64,000 bases of DNA from Octopus vulgaris. Its lineage: Eukaryota. Under the pieces are notes generated by a model. That model did not search any database. It worked only from the letters and a program-made list of their open reading frames with translations, and was not told the DNA's origin. Every line of letters begins with the position of its first letter. Positions within the stretch are counted from its first letter, which is position 1. A program made the position numbers and the translations under genes. This document shows, piece after piece, positions 54,974-64,000 of this stretch. The stretch lies in the NCBI GenBank assembly GCA_951406725.2, contig OX597823.1, forward strand, positions 49,104,001 to 49,168,000. Reading direction: 5' to 3'.

Positions 54974-55469
54974 GTAGTCAATTTGAGGATGTAATTTCCT
55001 CCTTAGGGATTATAAAATCCAGAGACCAACTGGTGTTATCAATGATATATTGAGAGAATTTTCAAAAAATATAAAAGGATAAACAGTCTAATTTATAGTT
55101 ATACTAACATAAGAAAATGGAGAAAAAATATATTGTCGATACTTATTTTATTTGAAAACTGAAAATGCCTCTCATATATATGCATGTGTGTGTGTGTGAG
55201 GTTTATTCTCTGTGCGTATGTATGTGTGTGTGTGTGTGTGTGTTTCACTGTGTTTGATAATTGAAAATGAGTATCACTGTCAGGCGAGTGGTGTCCTTTG
55301 TTTATAAATTTTTTCACATGGAAACAGGTTGGCAACAGGAAGGGCATTAGAAAATTTACCTCAGCAAATTCCATCTAACCTATACAAATATGCAAAAGTA
55401 GACACTGAAATGATGATGATGATGATGAGTTATCACCCCAAATTTAAAATTCAGAGGTTTGTGTAAGAG

Positions 55470-55760
55470 AGTTCCCTTCCGAAGCACAAGCCTGGGTGAG
55501 ATTGTTTATGGAAGACCAGCAGTCTCCCATGCATACCAGCCTACTCTCTCCACACCACTGATGTTATGTAAAGGAAAGGCAAATGCCAATACAGCTTAGC
55601 ATCAGTGATGTCACAACTCATTTCTACATCTGAGTGAACTAGAGCAACGTAAAATAAAGTGTCTTGCTTAAGAACACAACACACAGCCCAATCCAGGAAT
55701 CGAACTCACTACCTCATGACTGTGCACCCAATGATCTAACCACTGTGCCATGTGCCTTCA
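55470..55760 (-). mobile_element. Family C SINE
   Basis: Homologous to 20013-20346. Confidence 0.8.
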
Positions 55761-56199
55761 CTATCTCCTTGCATAAAACATGACCTAATTCATTCAGGGT
55801 TCATAGTCTTACAAGCTGCATGGCAGTTTCTGTAGTGTTGGTGGCATGAAAAATGCATCTAGTATAAGGTGTAAAGTGGAAGGCCATCCACCTGTAGAAA
55901 CCATGCCAACCAGACACTGGAGCATGGTGCAGTTGTTGGACCCATCAGATTATGTGAAACTATCCAACTCATGCCAACATGGAATCATCATCATCATCAT
56001 CATCATCATCGTTTAGCATCCGTTTTCCATGCTAGCATGGGTTGGACGGTTCTACTGGGGTCTGTGAAGCCATAAGGCTTCATCAGGCCCAGTCAAATCT
56101 GGCAGTGTTTCTACGGCTGGATGCCCTTCCTAACGCCAACCACTCCATGAGAGGAATATGGATGGTAAATGATGATGACGATGATGTCATCAGAGCTAA

Positions 56200-56241
<42 letters not shown>

Positions 56242-56351
56242 TAATAATTTGCAAAGATTATTTCCAGCAGGTAGACATACTTAGTATGTCCTTTGATTAA
56301 TTTATTTTAATCCTTCAGCTATATATATAAATCTTTATATTAATCCTTCAG

Positions 56352-56416
<65 letters not shown>

Positions 56417-56813
56417 GGAAAGAATGGAAATGGAGATTAGGAAGTTAATAATTGCTTACTATTAACAACATAGCCTGAGGCTGATCAAAGCCATGTGAAT
56501 GGATTTGGTTGGTTGACGGAAACTGAAAGAAGTCCATTGTACATATATATATATATATGAAAGAAAAAAAGAAAATGGTGATTAGGAAGTTAATGATTGT
56601 TTAAGCGAAGATGACCAATTTGTTGTTAATAACAAACAATTATTAACTTCTTAATCTCTATTTTACTTTCTTCTTTTAAATGGATATAAACTATATGCTT
56701 TATATGCACCGATTATTTTTAGAGAATTTCATTTCTCCAAAATACTAGGTATTGAACCAGTATTTCCTTGGATACAACCAACCCTTCATGAGGTTAACGT
56801 ACACTCTAACTAA

Positions 56814-56896
<83 letters not shown>

Positions 56897-56901
<5 letters not shown>

Positions 56902-57330
56902 GAGTGGTTCTGTGGTAAGAAGCTTGCTTCCAAACCACATGGTTCTGGGTTCAGTCCCACTGCGTGGCATCTTGGGCAGGTGTCTTTTACTATAGGCTCG
57001 GGCTGACCAAAGCCTTGTGAGTGGATTTGGTAGGCAGAAGCTGAAAGAAACCTGTTATACATATATGTATATTATATATATGTATACATATGTATTTGTG
57101 TGTTTGTTATTTGTGTGTTTCTGCCCCAACCATCACTTGAAAACTGATGTTGGTGTGTTTATGTCCTTGTCACTTAGCGGTTTGGCAAAAGAGATCAATA
57201 GAATAAGTACTAAGCTTACAAAGAATAAGTCCTGGGGTTGATTTGTCTGACTAAATTTCTGCATAGCCATAGTCAAATGAATGAAACAAATAAAAGAATA
57301 AAAGAATAAAAGAATATATATATGTATTTG

Positions 57331-57362
<32 letters not shown>

Positions 57363-57600
57363 TTTATGAGTGTGTATCTTTGTGTCTGTATTTATTCCCC
57401 CACCATCGCTTGACAACCGATGTTGGTATGTTTACGTTCCTGTAACTTACTGTTTTGGCAAAACTGTACAATAGAATAATTACTAGGCTTACAAAGAATA
57501 AGTCCTTAGCTTGATTTCTTCAACTAAAACCTTTCAATGTGGTGCTCCAGCATGGCCATCGTCAAATGACTGAAATGAGTAAAAGAAAGAAAGAAAAAAA
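56897..57600 (+). mobile_element. Family A SINE with duplicated 3' half
   Basis: Tail occurs at ~57110-57310 and again at ~57375-57590. Confidence 0.8.
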
Positions 57601-58493
57601 GAACATACTTCGACAATAGATCATCATCATCATTCAGTGTTTTAAATCCGGGTTTTCTCCTCGTTAATGGGGGTGGCCGGATCTACCTCAATGCTACATT
57701 AACCACCCTCACAATATCTTACCATCTTACCTGGTTTTGTGTGTCCTTCTTTTCCAGACTAACCCTTCCAATCTCCTCCTCCACATGTCCCCTCCACCTG
57801 TCCTCTCCACCTTTTCCTCGGTCTACCTCACTTTCGCACTCTATTTACCTTAAATGCAGTCACCCTCCTCAGAACATGCATTTCATATACACAAAATATT
57901 AAAACATTTATTTTTTTATGTATAATTCCTAATAAAATTTAGTTATAAAATATAAGAAATTTTAGACATCAAATATCTATGAAATAGGGGATCAAAAGGG
58001 TGTCCATAGGAAAAAGATGGTTGAGAAACGCTGCTCTAGAGCAATGAGAGCTATGTGCCTTCTTGTAAGGGAACAGTCAATGTGTTTTATTAAATTGTGA
58101 AAATACGTTTCTAAATATCACTGTTGTGAGTTGGTTGAAAGTTTCCTGCCTGAAATTCTAAAATAAAAAAGTTTTCTTCAACACTCTTAGACTACCAACA
58201 TTTTTGTAATATTTGCTCAAACAGTCACACTAAGTTTGTTTTCTTGGTAAGAAAACTTAGCTTCTGCCCTGCAGCAAACCACCTGAGCAGTTTATGACCT
58301 TCAGTTCATGGCATTTTGTTATAAATCTCCAGTGAATCACCTACACCTAAACTATATATATATTTTTTTTTATTGTTTTTTTTTATTTTATTTTTCATTC
58401 CATCAGAGATTCCATTGCATTATTTTGGGTATATGTATATTGATTTTCTGCCAATTCTCACTCTACATACATATACATATACACACATATGCA

Positions 58494-58525
<32 letters not shown>

Positions 58526-58715
58526 TGCACACACATGCACACACATAAATAAGTGTGTGTGTACATATCTATATATATATATGTGTGTGTGTGTACATGT
58601 ATATATACATGTATACATATATTTAAAAAATTTGAGAAAAACACAACAAATAACATTGTACAAAAACATAACAAACAGAAATCTCGTAGCTACATCCAAC
58701 AACATCCAAGAAATC

Positions 58716-58754
<39 letters not shown>

Positions 58755-59165
58755 TCATACACACAGAAACATATATTTATATTTTCACACACACACACAC
58801 ACATACACACACACAAAATGATCATCCAATCTAGATAACACTAATATCACTATTAATCTCGCTTTTTCTTCCTTGGATTGAATATGAATTTGATTAAAGA
58901 AACTATGTATCCAGACTCTAATATATTTTGCTTAGGCACCAGATTGGAACCTGGTGTAGCCCTCCAGCTTATCAGCTTCAGTCAAACCATCTAACCCATG
59001 CCAGCATGGAATGTAGATGCTAAATGATGATGATATATATTTGTATATAATCTTCTGCTATACTGTAGAAGACTATATGACTATATATATTGTGACTAGA
59101 TCAGGTAGATGGAGATGGATGGATGCATGCATATATGTATGCTTCAATACATATATAGCCAGTGA

Positions 59166-59256
<91 letters not shown>

Positions 59257-59257
59257 G

Positions 59258-59303
<46 letters not shown>

Positions 59304-59378
59304 CAGTGGATATATATATGACAGGCTCTCCCATTGAAGATGACATAAGCATGTTCAGTGAGAAGACAAGAATGTGTA

Positions 59379-59420
<42 letters not shown>

Positions 59421-59426
59421 CACACA

Positions 59427-60658
59427 CAGGGTGTGAGGGGTATTTGAGGATAGTTTTGGTATATAATAAAAACAATTATATTTCAGCATAAATAAATATG
59501 TATTTGAATAAACGTTTGTGCAATTAGTCTTGATAAGGATCTTTTAAGCAAATCATTCTATGGAACCACCTTCGACTTCGATGACTGCTTCAATGTGGAA
59601 CCAAAACTGCTGGCATGCTGACTTTATATGGTCCTTATTCATTTCGGACATCATCTGGACAATGACAGCCTTCACTGAAGCTACGGTACTATGAAGATGA
59701 CAATTAGTCTCCCTTTCAACAGTGCTTCACACATAGTAGTCCATAGGGTTCAAATCTGTTGAGTTTGGAGGCCACATATCGAGTGTTACATAATCATAAA
59801 GATTGTCTGACAACCATGATGGTGCTGAGTCTTGTTGAAACACGTCTGGCCTTCCATTGTATACTTCATAAATCCAGGGCTTGATAACAGTTTCCAGTAC
59901 CTTAATGTATTCAGCAGCATTAATTCTAAGTTGGGAGGCATCACATGACCTTCACTACTCACCATTCCTAAAACCATCACATTTGCTGGAAATTTCATGT
60001 GCATCACTCTGGATATTTCCGAAGGGTCTGCACATAAGCACCTGCCATTTCTTCTGTTAGACTTTTGATGCTGCTCAAAGTTTTTTTTTTGTCAGAGAAA
60101 AATCAAAGCATGCCTCGTTGATGAGCTTTTTTTCACTTTGTTAAGTAACCATTGTGAATGGGTGAGACATTCTTCCTGTATCTTTGCAGACATCTATTGG
60201 CGTTTCCTCATTACATTGAACTTGTATCGGATGTCACAGTTCTGATAGTCCACTCTGACATCCGAAGTTCTTTAGCAATGGACCTCTTTGATCTTCTGGT
60301 GTTTTCATTGGTAACGTTTTGAACATGTATAAATTCTGCTGTCTCTTTAGTGTCTGAGCTTTGTGAATGTTTCTTCCTCTTTGATACATGATACAGGTGA
60401 ACCAGTACCATCACATGCCTCCAATTCCAACCAAACTTTGTGTACAAATGATCTTGCAGCATTTAGAAAGTTGCTAATTTCTAAATCATTGTGGTTTGCA
60501 TGTAAAGCAACTATGACTGCTTGTCTTTACCCTTTCTTGAGTTAGCATGATATCTTGAAAGGGTTATCTGGAAAAAAAGAAAAAAGGATGATACAGTAAA
60601 TAATTTGAAAGTGTAATGAACTAAAAATGAAATGTCCTCAAATACCACTCACACCCTG
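59427..60658 (-). mobile_element. Decayed full-length maT (DD37D-type) Tc1/mariner element
   Basis: TIRs CAGGGTGTGAGGGGTATTTGAGGA / TCCTCAAATACCACTCACACCCTG|TA; minus-strand motifs FSD...KNFEQHQKSNRRN, KFPANVMVLGMVSSEGHVMPP, FQQDSAP and WPPNSTDLNPMDYYV. Confidence 0.85.
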
Positions 60659-61298
60659 TACATGATATGTGGCTTGTGCCTGCTGAATATGTTTGAGGTA
60701 GTTCTCAGTATATGAAACTATAAGTAGCACATAAAAACATGTATTGTGTCTATTAAACAATATTTATTTCTCACCAGGTAGAGTAGTCTCTTTTGTTGAT
60801 CTTACCATCACAGAACATTACATTATATATATATATATTATGATGGATTATTTACACAGCACATTTAAGATTAAATTTGCAAAGGTACAAGACCAAATAC
60901 TTAAACAGTGTAGCTGAGGACTATTTTAATCACCAGGTCAAATTTCATATTGATATTAAATATAGATGTGTTCAGTAAACATATAACTTTAATTATGTTC
61001 AAATTTTAATTTGAAGTATGTTGTTGGTGCCACTATTTAATTAATTGCATGTAGCCTGACCAACCAACTCATCACCTACAAATCTGGCAAATACACAAAT
61101 GAAATTGATTAATTCTTACCAGGAAACGGGATGGAAGAGCAGAAAGGTTACAGGGTTACTGTGAGTACCAAAACCTTTCCTGGTGAGGAATGCACTACAT
61201 AATAACAACAGCTTAGTGGCTAGTCACCTCTGTATCAGAGCTAGGCAGACACAGAAAAGTAGAAATGATGATGATGATGATTATGATGTTGATGGTGG

Positions 61299-61336
<38 letters not shown>

Positions 61337-61355
61337 ATGATGATGATGGTGGTGG

Positions 61356-61422
<67 letters not shown>

Positions 61423-61984
61423 GGTGGTGGTGGCGGCGGTGGTGGTGGTGGTAGTGGTGGTGGTGATGATGATGATGATGATGATGTATTACAACATTCC
61501 GTCAGTTGCTGCCATAAAGTAAGTGAATTCTGATGAAACCAAAATTAGTGGATCCAATGTTCCTCCCTGATTGCTGAGATCCCCTGTTTAAAATGTCTTG
61601 TTTTGCAAATTGCTTGGTGACCTCAGTGGTGCTGGTGCCACATGAAAAGACATGGAGGATGTGGAATACCAATGCATCCTGTGTGTCACAAACACATAGT
61701 TGTCATATAGGAGAAGCTATTTTCCAGTCATGTACACAACAGCAATTAACTTATTTGCATGTATTTGAATCTGTTGGAATGTTGTAGGAATAAATATGCA
61801 GTCATTGTTTCCGATTTTTCTGTTCACTATGCAAATTATGAGTTATTAGTTCTTTTAACATATTCCCCAGAATATCCAGCACAGTCATACTTGGTAATCA
61901 AAGTGACTTTCGTGTCCATCAATATATGTATTTATGTAAATAGATATGGCACTCCATTGCTTACAATGACGATTGTTCCAGCTG

Positions 61985-62268
61985 ACCTAATCAACAAAAC
62001 AGCCTGCTCATGAAATTAACATGCAAGTGGCTGTGCATTCCACAGACACGTGTACTCTTACTGTAGTCCTCAGGGAGATTCAGTGAGACATGGAATGTGA
62101 CGAGGCTGGCCCTTTAAAATACAGGTACTACTCACTTTTGCCAACTGAGTGAACTGGAGCAATGGGAAATAAAGTGTTTCGCTCAAGGACACAACAAGCC
62201 ACTGGGAATTGAACTCACGACTTTATGATCATGGGCTGAACACCATAACCACTAAGCCACATGCCTTC
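61985..62268 (-). mobile_element. Family C-type SINE
   Basis: Minus strand GAAGGCATGTGGCTTAGTGGTT head and GAGTTCAATTCCC box B. Confidence 0.7.
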
Positions 62269-62429
62269 ATTTATGTAGATATATCTATTAATCAACACCA
62301 GGCTGACTTCGGTTACTGAAAATGATTGTGCTGTGTAGATATTCCTAAAAAGGATTATGTTAGCAGAGTTAAGAAATGGGAATAATGAATTCAAGATTAA
62401 ACTAATGTTATTTTTGAGATGAGGAATTC

Positions 62430-62540
62430 TGTACATTATTTACATTATTTACATTGGACAGATATGTGTCCTCATCTTCTTTGTTGTTACTACAATGTTT
62501 CAGCTGATTTACTCACCAGCCTTCATCAGATATCCAGGTA
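62430..62540 (-). mobile_element. Penelope-like pLTR arm with hammerhead motif; inverted partner of 63870-64000
   Basis: Minus strand GATAT-CTGATGA-A-GGCTG(GTGAGTAAAT)CAGCT-GAAAC-ATT. Confidence 0.65.
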
Positions 62541-62603
62541 GTGTACTGGTTAAGAGTGCAGGCTAGTAACCCCAAGATTGAATAAATAATAATAATAATG
62601 ATA

Positions 62604-62684
<81 letters not shown>

Positions 62685-62694
62685 ATAATAATAA

Positions 62695-63765
62695 TGACAA
62701 AAAGTGACACAGACAGATTGTTTGTACCAAGAAAAAAAGGGGAAAAAGGACTTATTGGATGCAAACACAGCATTAGAACAGAAGAAAACAACATAGCATC
62801 GTATGTAAAAAATGCCACAGAACTGCTATTATTAGAAGTAAGAAGGTCAGGCTTGTGTAGGATGAAAGATTGCAAAGATAAAGCCTTATACAACAAATTG
62901 AAAACAAATGAAACTGAAAATAGGTGGATAAAGAAAAGAATACATGGTCAATTTCATAGAGATGTTGAAGATAAGACAGACAGAGAAAGATCGCTATGGA
63001 TGACTAAAAGTGATTTAAAACCGAAAATGGAGACTCTAATCTGTGCTGCCCAAGAGCAAGCACTAAGAACAAACTACATAAAATACAGAATAGACAACAC
63101 AGTAGAAAGTGATAAATGCAGAATCTGTGGACAAAATGGTGAAATGGTATGGCATATTACCAGCCATTGTATGCCACTAGCCCAGAAGGAATATAAGAGA
63201 TGCCATGACAATATAGCCAGGGTTGTCCATTGGACACTTTTCAACAAGCATGGACTTGACAGAGCAAAAAATTGGTATGACCACAAACCTGAAGGCATCT
63301 TTGAAAATAGAAATGCAAAGATCCTATGAGATTTCTTGATTCAGTGCAACCATGAGATAGAGAATAGGAAGCCGGACATAGTCTTAATTGAAAAAGAAAA
63401 CAAACTATGCTGGATCATAGATATAGCATGCCCAGCTGACAACCAGGTATGTGATAAGGAAGAAAGAAAAGTCGAGAGATATGACAGGTTAGCTTGGAAA
63501 GTTAAGCAGTTGTGGTCGATGAAAAAGATAGCAGTAGTACCAATAATTGTCGGAGCCCTGGAAACAGTGAGCAAAAATCTTGAGAAGTACGTGGATCAAA
63601 TAGGGGCTGCAATAAGGAAGCAGCACTTGCAGAAAACAGCACTGCTTGGAACCGCTTGAATACTCCGGAAGGTGCTCAAAAAATAAGAGGTGTTACCTTA
63701 GTTCACTGGTAGTGAACAGCTGACACTGTAGTACATCTTCAGTGTTAGAAGCCGTGCAAAGGCAA
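62695..63765 (+). mobile_element. 5'-truncated RLE-type non-LTR retrotransposon (R4/Dong-like) inserted in a TAA/TAG/TGA microsatellite
   Basis: RLFVPRKKGEKGL, LICAAQEQAL, CCHC knuckle CRICGQNGEMVWHITSHC, RKPDIVLIEK...IIDIACP...KVERY endonuclease; premature TGA at 63327 and 63657; natural stop at 63684-63686; ends in (TAA)n. Confidence 0.9.
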
Positions 63766-63785
63766 TGATAATAATAATAATAATG

Positions 63786-63852
<67 letters not shown>

Positions 63853-63869
63853 TGATGATAATAATAATG

Positions 63870-64000
63870 ACACCAACAAAAATATACCTTAGGAATGAGA
63901 ACCCAGGGTTGGGTTCAAAATTCTACCAGGACACCTAATGAAGGCTGGAGAGTAAATCAGCCGAAACGTGGTGACAACAAATAAGATAAGGACACATATC
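63870..64000 (+). mobile_element. Penelope-like pLTR arm with mutated hammerhead motif
   Basis: GACAC-CTAATGA-A-GGCTG(GAGAGTAAAT)CAGCC-GAAAC-GT; reverse complement of 62461-62531. Confidence 0.65.

Overview
AT-rich, microsatellite-dense eukaryotic genomic DNA. Its repeat content (tRNA-headed SINE families, (TA)n/(TATG)n/(GAT)n arrays) strongly suggests a coleoid cephalopod, most likely Octopus; this is inferred from pattern recognition, not a database search. The only convincing host gene is an intronless MORN5 CDS (26039-26575, +). Almost all other ORFs in the track are microsatellite or SINE artefacts. Mobile DNA dominates: a near-intact IR/DR Tc1 (DD34E) element, decayed mariner (DD34D) and maT (DD37D-type) copies, non-autonomous Helitrons, piggyBac-, hAT- and mariner-type MITEs, RTE fragments, a 5'-truncated R4/Dong-like RLE LINE in a TAA microsatellite, and three or four SINE families. 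The most notable unannotated signal is a recurring set of short fold-back (inverted-repeat) elements from several unrelated sequence families. Many carry type-I hammerhead ribozyme cores (best at 7291-7360), and the inverted arm often starts inside ribozyme helix II. This fits non-autonomous Penelope-like pLTR or retrozyme-like elements.
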